A stretch of DNA of 64,000 nt from NCBI GenBank assembly GCA_000182565.2, contig KQ257459.1; one strand, 5' to 3'. The position numbers and the translations under genes were made by a program. The stretch comes from Spizellomyces punctatus DAOM BR117 (lineage: Eukaryota). The notes beneath the pieces were generated by a model. It was not told the origin of the DNA, searched no databases, and was given only the letters and a program-made list of their open reading frames with translations. Within the stretch, counting starts at the first letter, position 1, and every line of letters starts with the position of its first letter. This document shows positions 27,082 through 41,838 of this stretch, one piece after another.

Positions 27082-27697
27082 ATGCAGGCCCTGGTGCGCG
27101 CCTCTTTAACATCAGGAACGCTGTATACGATTGGGGACTTGCTGAATCAGGGCTTTGTAGAACCTAGAGTATCGGGAAGCGACAGGTCTCAATTCCGTGA
27201 TGTGGACTGGTTGAGGACGGGAAAGTTTGGTGGGTAGAGCATGGCGTTAGTTGGAAGAAAGCTTGGCGACCACTCACCGTTTGTTGCAATTCTTCCCAGC
27301 TTTGACCGGCGCATTGCTTCATGGGCCATTTTTTCTGTATGGGTTTACCATGCTTGATAGGCTGTGTGGGCAAGCCAGGTCGCTGGGAGCCGTATTTAAG
27401 AAATCTGTTGCCGGCCAGGTTTTGCTCTTCCCGCCCTATGTTCTCTCTTTCCTATCCATGACTGCTCTCTTGGACGGGCAGTCACCGTGGGACCGGATCC
27501 AATCCCGCTTTGTTCCAATCATGGTCAATGGCTCTATTGTCTGGCCGATCGCCAACGTTATCAACTTCCGGTATCTTCCAAGCCAATGGCGTATCGCTTA
27601 CATCAATATTGTTGGGATTGGATGGAATACATATCTCAGCTTTAACACTCGACAGCATACTAAGCGGGCCATCCAAATACCTTCCGATTTACGTTAG
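27082..27697 (+). CDS. Mpv17/PMP22 (SYM1-like) membrane protein
   Basis: TSGTLYTIGDLLNQ...DWLRTGKFG / GALLHGPF...VWPIANVINFRYLPSQWRIAYINIVGIGWNTYLS; one intron. Confidence 0.9.
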
Positions 27698-28066
27698 CCG
27701 TGGAGGGGAGAACCACATCAAAGGAATGTTACATGGCCGGTATCGATGATAGCTGAGCGGCTGGTCCCGTTGGCAGTCATTGGCGTCATTCCACGCTCTC
27801 TTCTGCGCCTGACACCAGCCCATGCAAATATCAACCGTCCCGAAGTGACCTAACCATTTTGAGAGAAATCTAGAGCGTGTAGCCTGCACCAGGGACGGCA
27901 TATCACGTTGAAATACAGGTGCAGACACACCCGTATGGCGTCTTCGCATTTATTCCTGATGTTCAATGAGATAATCCAGACATAGCATTATATGTTTTAT
28001 TTTGTGTCGCGCCCAGCTGAAAAGGACGTGCTGTAACTTCACATGAACCAAGGATTGGATGTCTAC

Positions 28067-30004
28067 CTAATCTGTTTTGCTGCGGGTACCAGAACCAGCG
28101 CCATCGTTGGCTGAATCCACAGACCCAACGCTGCTCAGTAGGCCCACAACGAAGCTGATATCATAAAAATGAGTCAATAGAGACAACGTTGGCACATCAT
28201 TCGAAACGGCACCTACATTATTGTGATGATCAAGACAAGACTTGTCCAGAAAATAATCTGGAAAGGAACGGTAATATCCTGATATTGACACGCGTCGCCT
28301 GTCCACTTCACTGGTCCACTGAAGCCAGGCCTCGGCTGACCAGCATCGTCAGTGTACTGGTTGCCACACTGACAGACGAAGCAGCTTGAACCGTTACGTT
28401 GCCCGCACGTGCCGTGATTGGTACAGTTTGAAAACGTCCTGCATACGGGATGGCATTTCCAGACGTTTACGCAAGTTCGGCTTCAGGTAATGGCCTTCTA
28501 ACTGAGCACTTACGAAATACACTCTGCAACGGTCGTTGGACAAGGTGTCGCTGTAGTAGAAGCGCGGCGAGAAAGCAATGTCCTTGAAATTTTAGGGGGC
28601 ACCGTCAAGACTTCGGCCAGCACATGGCCATCGTGAAGTTCGGTGAAGGAGGATACCATCTAAGACTCATGGTTACAATCATGCAGTCCTCAAATGTCGT
28701 ATCACAGCACCATAATACCTCGCTGATAGCCCTGTTAACCATTTTAGCTCCATTTTCGTACTGAGCGGACTTTTCCCCATATCTGTCCCTCAGGCTGGAC
28801 AAACCTGAGAAGGTTACTGCAATAAAAGAGGGTACATCGATCGGCTTTCCCGCGCTTGCCACCCGCTGTACTTTAAATGCCTCGATGAGGCTTGTTGCAA
28901 ATTCGAGTTCCGCCTGCAGAGCAGAATGAGCGTTGCGTACTCTCAATTTACAGAACATGCTTCTTACCATGAGATGCATATCTTCCTGTAACGGCGATTT
29001 CAATAATTAGACATCAGAGATCTAGCAAATCAGAGTGCATGGGTGCCGCGTCCACGTACGGGATTATTACTGTTCAAAGATTGCGCACTCTCTCCAAACT
29101 TCTCAATCGCGTGAGACTTCATGTCTTCATAGAGAGTCTCGGAAATCGCGGTTAACGTCTTTCGAATGCTTGCCGGAAGTTTAGCTTGCGTTGAGACATC
29201 AACCCTCTATTCCATTTCGTCAGAATCACTTCATAGCGAATGCATTCGAAGCGTCCCTACCTTTTCTCCGACATGGACTGCGGATACCTGTCCCGTAACT
29301 GCGCCCTGGCCCTTCGATGAGATGATTAACGGCCAGCTTCCGGGAACATTCTTTACAATAGCACGCGCGGCCCGCTCGCCAAAGTCCACCAACTGTGCGT
29401 CCGCGGTGTTATGCTCTGTATAGATCCGGAAGTAAGGTACCGAATCAACAAGACCTGATTCTGGTGTATTCATGACTATTATTGATGATATTTGTTCCAG
29501 TCAATAAAAACCCCATTCGGGACTTACCAGCATGATAGTCGTCAATGACTACCCACAGGTTCGCTTTAGGTGCCCCTAGAATATCAAATTTGATCTGAAG
29601 CCGAAGTTTGTTCAGAAGATTGTAATGATTCCGCTGAGGACCAGATGCGTGAAAAATCTTACATCTTTGACGGCATCATCCAGTATCTCATTGTCTTGCA
29701 CTTCAAGAATATTGACAGGTTGTAGGATGTCACCAGCCCCAGCTGAAACCGCCACCACATGGGAAACCAAAGATGTTGCTTGAGTCCAAGAAATATCGCG
29801 TGGTGCTCCGTCCGTCAATCGGGGGTATAGATGGAGAGACGCATAGGGTGCTGCAACGGACGAAAGAGACGAAAACATTGTTCAATTTGCTATACCCATC
29901 GGTCGTCATCGCAATCACGGGTTACCAGAACTGTCCGACGCCGAAGCGAAAGCTGCGAGCGCCGCAATACCCGCACATAACGAGACTAGCGTTCTACGGG
30001 CCAT
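28067..30004 (-). CDS. Type I membrane protein with Vps3844/DUF3844 C-terminal domain
   Basis: Signal peptide MARRTLVSLCAGIAALAAFASA (ATG 30004); Cys-rich CFVCQC...WTGDACQYQDITVPFQIIFWTSLVLII...VVGLLSSVGS C-terminus. Confidence 0.78.
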
Positions 30005-30243
30005 GGCTATGTATGCTTGTTATTGATGACTGGCCTTCCGCTATAAACCAGTGAACGCCCAGTTTTCCAATCGCCCGCCTGGTGCCGATGTCCTCCAGCG
30101 CGCCTTTCAGTTTCTGAGGGCACTTGGCTTTGTCACGTGAGCTGACGCGTACGTGATCTGCGCGAGAACCAGAGGTCGTTTTCCCAGGCTTGCCTGGTTA
30201 CCTCCAGAGCACAATTTCCGTTCAACCTGCGGTGAATTGTGGT

Positions 30244-33200
30244 ATGCAGCATCCGTCAACGATAAGGACCGACTTGGTCGACTGTTCTGCCCTTTCATTG
30301 GAGCTTGCGGCAACCGATTCTCCATTTTTCCGGGCCAAGGTCGCTCTGTTTCAGAATGAGTTGGAGGCGTTTGGAAAATGGTTGGACTCTGTCTGCAGAG
30401 TCCTGCGCCAGTATACGGACGAAATGATCAGTAGGTGTGTGCGACTTAGTATCATGGATTGGCATTGCTAATTCATGCGCCAAAAGGGACTAATGAAGTG
30501 CAGTCAACCGTGATAGCAACATTGATGCCTCACTCCGGCCTGCACCTCTTTGGTAAGAACCGAAGTCGGTAACATATCCTTCAGATGCTAACCGACCCTG
30601 GGGAGACAGAGCGGACTATAACGCGAATAATTGGGGACGCTCTACAGTCTGTGTATCAAGTGAAGGCCAAACTTGTAAGGCTATTCATATTGTTATTGCA
30701 CCGTCAGCGGCTACTGACATTCGCTCTATTTAATAGGTTGACGACATTATAGAGCAGCTTATAGAACCATTTCTTGCGTTTCTAAAGGAGGACGTTCGAG
30801 ACATGAAGGTTTGGCATACTGTCACTATGTCCTACCGGCCTGTTTCATATGTGTGCTTTTAGGATGTGACAAGAAATTTTGACCGGGTATTAGAGAGATA
30901 CGAGACTGCCGTGACGCGATATGGTAATCTGTCTAAAACGAAAGAAAGCAGTGCGTTACGTGAGGTTTGTTACGCTTAGCTGACGGAGAACGAGAGCGAT
31001 TACAACACTCGTCCTCAAACTCATTTTTTTGAAAGGATGCTTTTGTACTGTATGAATTCCGCAAGCAATACATACGCGCATCTCTGGAACTTGCCCACCG
31101 GGTGATCATTTTTCGGATTCGTGTACATGGCATGATCATGGAGAGGCTGATGAATTATATCAGCTCCCATTCTGAATTTTACGATACCGCGGCACAAGTA
31201 TTTAAAGGCCTGATGCCTCAACTGACCGGCTTAAAAGCCAAACTTGACGAGGTACAAGAGCATTTCTGCTGGGTCTGGCCTGATTACACTTTACTAAGAA
31301 CGATATGCAGTCCATCAAAGTGCGAAATCAGAGTGCCACCAAATTGGAGACGACGCGGAAGATTCTGGAAGATGTGAGGCAGTCAGTAAAGTACACTCTT
31401 ATTACCTTTTCTGATTCTCCACATTGTGTAGGAAGCCATAACTAAGGCCAAACCCCTCACGATCCCGAGTACCACAACCAGTCTGAGTCTCGATGTACAA
31501 TCGGGGGAGAGGGGTGGCACACGTCACATACCCTCTCCACTGATCCCATCAGCTTCTACTCCAACGGAGAAAGAAGGGTATGTAATCGTTGGTTTATCAG
31601 TAATGGCGTGGTCTCATCACACATCTTCAGGTACCTATTTAAGCGAGTATTTTCCAGCAAGCCTTTGACAGTCCAAACATGGGCAAGGCGATGGTTTCGT
31701 GTCAAAAATGGGGGGTTTTCTTACTGTATGGTATCCCCAAAGCAACGAGGAGTGGTGCTCAGCACCCCTGCCTTGAACGTGCTCTTGTGTAGTGTGCGCG
31801 TGGTCCGAAACGAAGATCGCCGGTTCTCTTTCGAAGTATCTACGGTGCACAAGTACGTCCGCCGATCGAAATTTTTACAATAACAATAATCACACCAACG
31901 CCGCATTGCAAACGATAGGAGGAATTTCATATTGCAAGCCGAAACAGAGGACGATATGAATGAGTGGATAGCAACGATCGAAGCCGCCAAATACCAAGCT
32001 GCTGGTGAAGGACCAGCGTCCACGCCATTCATCGGTGATATGGCTACGGATATTGCTGGCAGTGATGATGAGGAAGACGCAATTCCCTTGCACGAGATTA
32101 AAATGTCAGAAGGGGATATTAAACCATCGACCGCTGAGAATGAGGGAGAAGAAGATGACGATGATGAAGATGAGAGTGATGGTGACAAAGAGCAAGGCAA
32201 GCCCGACAGCCCTGCTGATCAGAGCAGTGGGGATGACATTGGCATCAGATATTCCGACCGGACATTAGGCAAGGAGAACACGAAACTGCATCGACTTCTT
32301 AAGTCTGTTCCCAAAAATGATTATGTTCTTGACGGTAACTCTTCTATCTATGAGTGCCCACATTTATGACTTTTCTGATGTGAGTCTCTTAGCCTTCTCG
32401 TGTGCCATGCAGAAGGACATAGCTGTACATGGAAGACTTTATATTACCTATGATCGCATATGTTTCTACTCCAATATTCTTGGCTTCATTAGAATGGTAA
32501 ACGCAAGTCTTCTGATTTCTGTACCACTCAGGACGCAATAGTTAACGTATACTTGGCAGCTGGTGACGGAAATGAAGGATGTCCTGGCAGTCGTACAAAA
32601 AAAAGGCCCTCTGTCCACCACAATCCTTGTAACTACAAGTGAAGCCACCGTACGTATGCACTGGATATATGCGAGTATGAGAAACATACGTTTTAACTTT
32701 TCTGTTCGCTGATAGCATTCTTTCTTACTGTTTTACAGTAAGGATGAAGCTCACTTCACCACTTTAAAAGCCGCTTGGCTAAATGCCACGAACACTGAAG
32801 TATGTAGCGTCTTGTGCGTGGTGCCGTCACTACAGCTTCGCTAACGTCCATCGCAAAGCAACGACTATCCCCACAAGAACTTTATGATTCGGTCAGTAAG
32901 CGGAAGCATGCCACTGCTGGGGTAGAAATCGAGTCAGAAGAAAGCGACGGTCGAGTGTTAGAGGCTGCTCCAGTTGCAGACCCTACAACCGGGTAGGTAA
33001 CAACGATGTTATGAATTCCCAAGACACGTTGTAATGTCCAGCATTTTGTAGACAACCTGCCACCGCTTCAGGTAAGCTTTTGAACGACATAGTTAGTAAA
33101 ATGCTAGACTCATTGAAGACCCTTGGTGACGAAAGAATACGACCCACCCTCCGATCTGGCTCTCCCAGCCGCGGAAGTACCGTGCGGATGTGGGGCTGAT

Positions 33201-34889
33201 CATCAAGAAAAGAAGGAGGCTGATGTGGTATTCAATGTACCAGCCAAGGTACAGCCGGGATGATTACGATATTAGGGAAATGTGTGGACCTTAACCGTTA
33301 CGTTCCAGAAACTGTTTGACGTTCTCTTTGGTAATGAGACAACATTCTGGAGTCAAAGATTTCATCCCAAACGCGGCGAATCAGGTTCGCGCTCCTCCCC
33401 GCAATGTTTTCCCATGCTATCCAACTTAACCACTATATTCCGTGCATGACACAGGACGACAAAATGGTATTTGGTCTGATGGGCCGGAACCGCAGCGCGA
33501 AGTTAAATATATGATGCCTGTCAATAATCCGATGGGTAAGCTGGCCGAAGTGTCGAGTCACGTAAATGACACTAACGAAAATTCATATCACCAGTCAAAG
33601 TAAAGGAAGCTGAGGTAATCGCAACGGAGAGACTCGTCAAGCGGAATGATTACTTGTATGTTCAGCTTTTGTATTACCGTCGCTCTTTCTGTGTCAGAAC
33701 CCTCTCACTCACAGTGGATGAAAACAAGCATTTATGTTGTTGAAGCCCAAAGCTCGACGCCTGCCCTTCCGTATGCAGATGCTTTTGCACCTGTCACCCG
33801 CTACTGCATAACATGGGTGACGAAGCATTCGTGCCGCTTGGTGATGACCTGTGGAGTGAAGTTCTTCAAGGTGGGACAGTTATGCAACCGGTTATTTATA
33901 TGTATAGATATTCTGATTATGGACGGTGAATGCGTCACGCCAGAGTCCTATGGTTAAAGGTATGGAGTGTACAGCTATTCTGACATAAAGCTCATGTATA
34001 ACCATACCTGGCATACGTTTCGATTAGGCATGATACGCTCCGCCGGAATGAAGGGTTTAGCAGGTACAGACAATGGGGAGATATTGTAATTTACGGCAAA
34101 TTCTAAAAGCCGTTTCGTTCGGAAGAGGGTGCCGCAGATACTGTAGCACTCCTGAAGCAGGAAATTGATGAGTACAACCGGAAAGTACTGGGTAAAACGC
34201 CATCTTCAGCGGAAAGCGCCGGCGCCGAAGCCATCGCCATCAGTTCACCGACACCTGGTGACACGACTGTCAACGTAACCAGGCGAGGTGCCACTGAAGA
34301 GCTTCCGTTTGGACTAGGATCTCCAATAGCGGTGTACACCCTCGTGGTATTATTGCTTATTTCATGCGTCTGTCATCTCGTAGGCTGGTGGCAAGGCCCC
34401 AGTAAAGGGAGTGTGATGAATATTAGCCCGCGGACAGTGGACTGGGTGAAGGATTTCAACCTTGGAGACAATGACGACTTCACGCAAAGGTAACTGGTGT
34501 TTCTTGACAGGTTCCTCAGCTATTGCATTTTAGTAATTTCAGATTCCTCCAGCTTCAAGACATTCATGACGTCTCATTATCACCTTTCAGAAGGAAATTC
34601 CACAATCTCGCTACGAGCACCCTCATCTCGAAGACGGTTGTACTACCATCCATCCCATTTTACATTGCAATCGCAACTCGCTCAAGTTCATTCAGCCGTT
34701 CATGAAGTCTTGACCGATATACGTGGGATGATGGAGGAAGTGCATGAGGTGGAACGGCAGGTGATATGGAGCATGTTCATGAATTGGATTGGTGACAAGA
34801 CTGCTCTTTGTCAGAACGAAGGGGGGTCCCATTGTAACGGAGTGGCCACATTAGTAAAGGAAGTGGAAATAGGCCAAAGAGGAGGATGA
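30244..34889 (+). CDS. SIP3/YSP1/LAM-family lipid transfer protein (BAR-PH-GRAM-VASt-TM)
   Basis: BAR ATDSPFFRAKV; PH GYLFKR...WARRWFRV...EDRRFSFEV...LQAETEDDMNEWI; GRAM FSCAMQKDIAVHGRLYITYDRICFYSNILG; VASt TPALPYADAF..VTRYCITW; C-terminal TM. Confidence 0.88.
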
Positions 34890-34934
34890 GCTGCCTAGTG
34901 TCCTTATTTAATCAAGTTATTTCATCATTAATGT

Positions 34935-36721
34935 CTACACCGCTCCTTCATCAGCAAGTATATTGTCCTTGCGGGGATTCCAGCAGAAGATCTCATGATC
35001 ATTCCCCCCAGAGTAAAGCTCCTTCAAATTCAGCAAAAAATAGTTTTAATTGGTTTGCCAAGGTGAAGCTTTGCAATACTGTCATTTTTTTCACCTCATG
35101 TCCATGTCGAAGGGCAACACAGCCGACCCGGCCGGCGTGCCGCTTTAGCCTCATCATCAATTCCCCACTCCATAAGTTGAAGACCAGTACCTGTCTATTA
35201 TCAGACGGCTGAAAAAGCAATGGCGGATAACAGGAGGAAAGAGGTGTAATCGTCGGTTGAAGAACATGGAAGACCCGATTTCTCAAGTGTGGACCATAAT
35301 TCACCTGGATGCCCCAATGATGAGCGAAAATGAACCGCGCAAAGGAGACATTGCTATTCGCAAATACCAAAGTGTTTTTGCCCGAAAACACATCCCACAG
35401 TCGCAGACTCTCATCGTGCCCGGCGGAAATGAGATACAAGCCGTCGGACGTGAAGCCTAGGCCATTCACATGACCATTGTGTGCAGACGTAGAATCATTG
35501 TCTCCATTGTCCTCTCGTCTCCTAGATCCTGTTAAATCCGATACAGTTGAGAACATCTTTAGATACAGATGCGCCAAGAGTTCATCATATACCAGTTTCA
35601 TGCTGATCGAGGGATATGAGACATGCCTTCGCTTTGCGTATATCCCAAAATCGAATCGTATGATCAGTGCTACATAGAGTGAACAGTTGTCAACATAACA
35701 CCCCAATAGATGTCAATCCGCAAGTACGCCTACCTTCCTGACGCTAACAAAAACTCATCCCGTGGTGACCACCGGACGGTGAGTACCGACCCCCTGTGAC
35801 CTTAACAATACGTATATTGACAGGCAGCGTATACAGATAATGCGCAAGTACAACAACGCACCCATTAACGAATGTGTGAAGGCACCCGTACGCATATCGC
35901 ATAGACGTACTGGCGATTCCGCCGTGCCAGCTGGAAAACGATTGGTCGTCAGCCTAAGCTATTTCTAGCAGAAACAAGATCAACGTCCACGGAGATTATA
36001 CTTGCAATCAAATTGTGGCTCGTTGCCACAGACGACATCTCATGTACATAGACATGATTTTCGATATTGAAAGCACAGACACTCTGCGGCGATCAAATAT
36101 TAGAGAAGGATGCATAGTAGCTTTCAAACTTTGAAAGTATACCTGCATAACATTAGTGTCCCACACTTTCACCGTACCATCCATAGATGACGTAGTGAAT
36201 AAGCCCGTATCTGTCGGGAACCAGTGAACGCCTGTGACGCTATACTGATGGCCCGCCCGCCTAGTGGTGATGCGGACGACATAAGCGATACGTAACACAT
36301 ATTTAAGTTGATGGCCGAGCGTAAGCCGCTCCATACCTTTCCACGGTCGCTATGGGACGTGAAAGGGCTCGTGCAGGCGGAGGTCGTCGCAACCCAGTGG
36401 AAGTTTGGTCTGAGCCACTAGGGACGGTGTCCCACTCCTCCAAGTCATACAGGTGTATTGTCGTATCGGCACTACCTGCAAGTAAGCTGAAAACTGGATG
36501 AGCTCTGCTCGTGTGACAATTGGGAGCGCCCTTGAGACTACTACGTACTATCGTCCTTCCAGAGCTTCAATGTCCAATGCGTTAATAGGACCCGTTGCGA
36601 CCTTTGCCAGACCCTTTGTTTTGCTCAATTCAGTAGTCAAAAAACGCGAAGACGACCAATGCAGTTCAATCTTGGGCAGTTGCGGATTTTCCTCTCGCGA
36701 ACGCAAAAGCCGATAGGTCAT
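34935..36721 (-). CDS. ERCC8: WD40 DNA excision repair protein ERCC8/CSA (Rad28-like)
   Basis: [96 protein letters not shown]. Confidence 0.9.
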
Positions 36722-36936
36722 CGCAGCGCTTGCATCTGGTGTTATTCGTCGAAGTAGATGTTGGAGATCAGCAGACGGAGCTGGGATTCCCGGAAGCAGT
36801 GCGGATAAGCCAGCTGTGTGCACTCCAACCGCATTAGATCTCCATCGATTACGACATCGCGAGCTCGTGCTCGCGTCGCACGCATGCGCTGCTTTTCGTC
36901 CTTCGCTGCCTCACCGCACTGGAAGTGACCTACGCT

Positions 36937-37437
36937 ATGCTACCTTCCGCAAGAACAGCCGTGGATGGATCAAAAGAAGCTCTCAACGTAGCCATTCTCA
37001 TTGTCGTTGCACTGTTGGGACCGACATTGGCCGTGTTATTGAAATCTGTCGTGAGTGGGCTCTCGGTTGGACCGTCAAAGTTAGGGTTGCTAATACAATG
37101 ACCACATTGTGAACCTCTTATCGCAATGCCTTTATGAATTCCGTTATACCAGCGTCTAACCACGCCCCTTCTTACGTCGCCCTCCAAACCAAAGGCAACC
37201 TCATTCAAAAAATCATCTAATCATCTACGAAAGCGTTCTCCTTCATCGTATTTCCCTGCAGCGAACAACCGCGTACATAAAACCTCTACGTCTGATGAAC
37301 CGCGGCTTCCGTTAGTTCTGGTCAAGACCGTGGAATCCTTTGATAAGCTTTGGGATCGTGCTGTGATGACAGCCGCCCGTGCGATTGTGTATATCGCTAG
37401 TTTTTTTGGTTGGAGGTTGAAAGTTCGGCAATGTTAA
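36937..37437 (+). CDS. Predicted small two-exon membrane-anchored hypothetical protein (about 132 aa)
   Basis: ATG 36937, hydrophobic ALNVAILIVVALLGPTLAVLLK, GTGAGT donor 37051, CAG acceptor 37152, stop-free 94-codon exon 2 to TAA 37437. Confidence 0.5.
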
Positions 37438-37702
37438 GAGTAGATTATTTATTTTAAGTTTCCCGGATCTTTGTCTGGAGAATGGTGCTTTCTTAGAAAT
37501 ATAGTTCATTTACGCTTGTTTGCCATATCGCAAAACCATCTGCCGACGATGGCTGGCCGCTATCACATGTTGCTATGTGCGCGAGGTGCTGTGCCTCTAT
37601 CGGTTGCTATGTACGTGAGCAGAGCGTTTAGTCACTGTCCCTTCACACTCTTTTTGGCCAAGAGTGTAATCTCGAGTTCATGTCTGCACTCCGCCCAAGA
37701 CC

Positions 37703-40700
37703 ATGCCCGCCATAACGCATGCCCAGCTGGTGTCCCTCCAAAAGGACCAGCATAAGATACGGAACATTTGCATCTTGGCTCATGTCGACCATGGTAAGCA
37801 CATGACCTTGTGCGAATCTGATGCGAGCAGGTGTTGACGTGTACAACTAGGGAAAACGACCTTGTCAGATAGTCTTTTGGCTTCCAATGGCATTATTAGC
37901 TCCAAACTTTCGGGAAAAGTGCGGTATCTGGATTCTCGTGAGGATGAGCAACAACGAGGCATCACAATGAAATCGAGTGGAATATCACTGTACTTCAAAA
38001 TCGTCAAAAACTTGATAGACAGTGCAAAGCAAGGTACTTGGGGTTTGTTTACAGAAGCCGTAGTATAAGTCTGACGCGTCGAAAGAGTCTTCTACTGTAG
38101 CCGATGAATATCTGGTTAATCTGATCGACTCCCCTGGACATGTGGACTTTTCGAGCGAAGTGTCAACCGCTTCCAGGCTGTGTGATGGGGCTCTCGTGCT
38201 TGTAGATGCAGTAGAAGGAGTTTGCACGCAGGTGAAAGGAGCTATAGGAGATCATTCATGTCACTTTGGGATAGTCAACTTACATATGCATGTGTAGACA
38301 CATACGGTGTTGCGTCAAGCATGGATGGAGAACGTTCGGCCTGTTTTAGTACTGAACAAGATCGACCGCTTGATTACCGAGCTCAAGCTAACGTCGTCAG
38401 AAGCATACATTCATCTGAACAAAATTCTGGAGCAGGTGAATGCAATCATGGGAACCTTCTACTCTGAAAGCATGATGCAGGAAGATGCGGCTCGGTACGA
38501 GGTAAAAGGCGAGGCAGAACAATGAGTTTCCTTTATAACCATTGACTTTTGTAATTATTCACTGGAAATTAGGCATATCAGGCGAAAAGATCAATGACGA
38601 AGCACGGGAAGGAAGAAGAGGAGGAAATTGAATGGAGACTTGAGCATCAGGACGACTCGACCCTGTACTTTTCTCCAGATCAGGGGAACGTCATCTTCTC
38701 TAGTGCAATAGATGGGTGGGCTTTCAGGTATCTATCCACCCTACTGACTCGTATATGGACACTTCGGCTACTAAGAACTTATAAAGGATAGAGCAGTTTG
38801 CCCAGATATATGCCGCCAAACTGGGTATCAAAGAGGAGTTGTTACGGAGAGTGCTTTGGGGCGACTATTATCTAGATCCGAAAACGAAAAGGGTGCTGGG
38901 ACATAAGGGATTGAAGGGCAGACCATTGAAGCCCATGTTCGTGCAGTTTGTCCTCGACAATCTCTGGGCACTCTATGACAGCGTACTGGAAACAAAGTAA
39001 GACTTGATAATGTCAAGCATGGATCCTCATAGCATGGATTGGAAGAGCTGAGTTTCGTTTCATATAGCGACCGGGAAAAGGTGGAAAAGATTGTGAAGGC
39101 ATTAAACGTGAAGGTGCTGCCGCGTGACATGAGATCAAAGGACAGTCGAGCTCTCTTACAAGCGATCATGAGCCAGTGGCTACCACTGTCGAGTTCTGTG
39201 CTCCTGACTGTGATAGAGAAGATTCCCTCGCCTGGCGTGGCGCAGAATCTGAGGTTACCGAAGATATTGTATCCAAAGGGCAATCAACCAGAGTTAGCAT
39301 CGTTATCAGAATCTCGACGTGCCTTTGAAACCGCAATTTACAACTGCGACCGTAGTGATGATGTCCCTGTGGTCGCCTATGTGAGCAAAATGTTTAGTGT
39401 GTCTGCTGACATGCTACCAACAAATCGACGTGTGCAACTAACTGCCGAAGAGATGAGAGAACGACGGCGAGCAGCCATTGCGAAGCAACAGGCGGCGATC
39501 TCAAAAGGAGAGACGACTAGCGACAAGGCAGTTGAGTCGGGTCATATCCAGCTGGACGATTCTGGGAGTGCTGAAAGTGCAGAGACGGGACCTGTGGTAC
39601 TACAAGGACCGACAGACACACCATCAACTCCCGAAGTCCCCGAAGCGCCAGCGGAGGAGACATTGATCGGCTTTGCGCGCATTTACTCGGGAACGATAAG
39701 AGTGGGACAAACATTTCAGGTATTAGGTCCCAAGTACGATCCAGCTTTTCCCACCCGACACCGGTCAGCGGTTACCATTGAGAAATTGTATCTCATGATG
39801 GGGCGTGAACTTCAAGAGTTGAAGGAGGTGCCGGCTGGAAATGTCTTTGGTATCGGCGGCTTGGGCCAGCACGTTTTAAAATCTGCGACCTTGTCCAGTA
39901 CAGCAGAGTGTCCAAGCTTTGGAGGCGTAAGGGCTGACGCAGCACCGATCGTGCGTGTTGCGCTGGAACCAAGAGAGCCAAACCAAATGGGACAACTGAT
40001 TGACGGGTTACGATTGCTCAATCAAGCCGATCCTTGTGTTGAAGTGTACTTACAAGAGACCGGGGAGCACGTTATTGTGTGTGCAGGAGAGCTGCATTTG
40101 GAACGGTGCCTGAAAGATTTGCGAGAACGATTTGCCAAAATAGACATCCAAGTGTCTCCCCCAATTGTGCCATTCCGGGAGACGGTTTCCACATTCCCAG
40201 CCATTCCTTTAACTCTGACTCCAAATGGACAAAAAGTCGAGGATTCCACCGGTACGCTAAATAGGACTTCTCATATGAAACAATCATACTCATTTACATA
40301 TATTGTAGATCCACTTGACTCTGCCTCTCGACCGACTGAAGTCGCGACATCTCTTCCAACAGGAACAGCCATTGTTCAAACTCCCGACAAGCTGTGTACC
40401 ATACGCGTAAGAGCAGTCCCGTTGCCGTCACGAGTCACTGCGTACCTGGAGAACCAGTCGAAGACCATGCGTAATATTGTCGAAGAGCGAGACGTTAGTG
40501 TGGAGCAAGAGGGAAGCGGTGCAGCGTTCATACGGAAGCTCAAAGACGTGTTCGACGAGGCGTATAGAGAAAACGAAATTAAGGATAAAGAATTATGGAA
40601 TGGAGTTGTCGAGAGGTACTTTGGTTTAATGCCATAAGTTGGTTTTTTGTAACACGTTCACTAAGATCGTTACGACAGACTGTGGGCATTCGGACCCAAA

Positions 40701-41625
40701 CGTATTGGTCCGAACTTGCTCGTTAATAATGTACCAGGATATGAGAGATCCCCCTGGTTTCGCTCAGCTGCTTCAGGGTCTGGGCGCTCACGGACTCGGT
40801 CAGATTCACCTACTGAAGAGGATGAGGGTGTTGATGCTGAAGAGACACTGAATACCTCGATCGAGGAGCTATCTCTTGACGATGGACACATAGAGAGACG
40901 CGTACCGAACATCCGACACTACGAAGGAAGTATTAATGCGGGCTTTCAGCTGGCAACGTTGCAGGGCCCCTTGGCCGCCGAACCTATGATGGGCGTTGCG
41001 TTCTTATTGGAGGAATTCACGATCGAAGGGTGGCAAGAAGCTTCCGAGGCACAATTAAGTTTGTTGTCGGGACGGGTGATTTCAATGCTCAAGGACGCTT
41101 GTAGGCAGGCATTCCTAGGGTGGTCGCCAAGATTGATGCTTGCCATGTATTCTTGTGATCTGCAAGCTCCAGCAGAAGTTCTGGGAAAAGTATATGCAGT
41201 CTTGGCCCGACGAAGAGGCCGCATCCTATCTGAAGAGATGCGAGAAGGCACCCCGTTCTTTAACATCAAATCCATGTTGCCAGTCGTGGAGAGTTTCGGC
41301 TTCGCGGATGAGATTAGGAAGCGAACTTCTGGAGCGGCAAGTCCGCAGTTGATCTTTAGTGGATTTGAAGTGCTTGATATTGACCCTTTTTGGGTTCCGA
41401 CCACTGAGGAGGAGCTGGAGGACTTGGGTGAGAAAGCGGACAGAGAGAACCTCGCAAAAAAGTATATGGAAGGAGTTCGTAAGCGAAAGGTGGGTGACCG
41501 TTTTCCTTGTCACATTCAAGGGCCTATTTATTCTAAAGCATCGGTGCCTGGCCGTATAGGGGTTATTGGTGGAGAAGAAGATCGTTGAGCATGCTGAGAA
41601 GCAACGCACTTTGAAAATCAAATAG
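37703..41625 (+). CDS. EFL1: Elongation factor-like GTPase EFL1/RIA1 (60S maturation)
   Basis: [93 protein letters not shown]. Confidence 0.96.
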
Positions 41626-41838
41626 ATCTGAAAGCTTCCCCTCACCCTTTGTACATGATAATTTAGTTCATAGCTTGTAAAAATACGCATTTTTCACATC
41701 TAGACATGATAGAGGAATTTGTACCATAGTATTGAGAAGAGAGATGACTTGTGACTGATATGTCAATCTTGGCATTTTGGCTACATATGTGTTCTATCTA
41801 CCGCAATGGCATCAACTGCACCACAACTACCTAGCACG

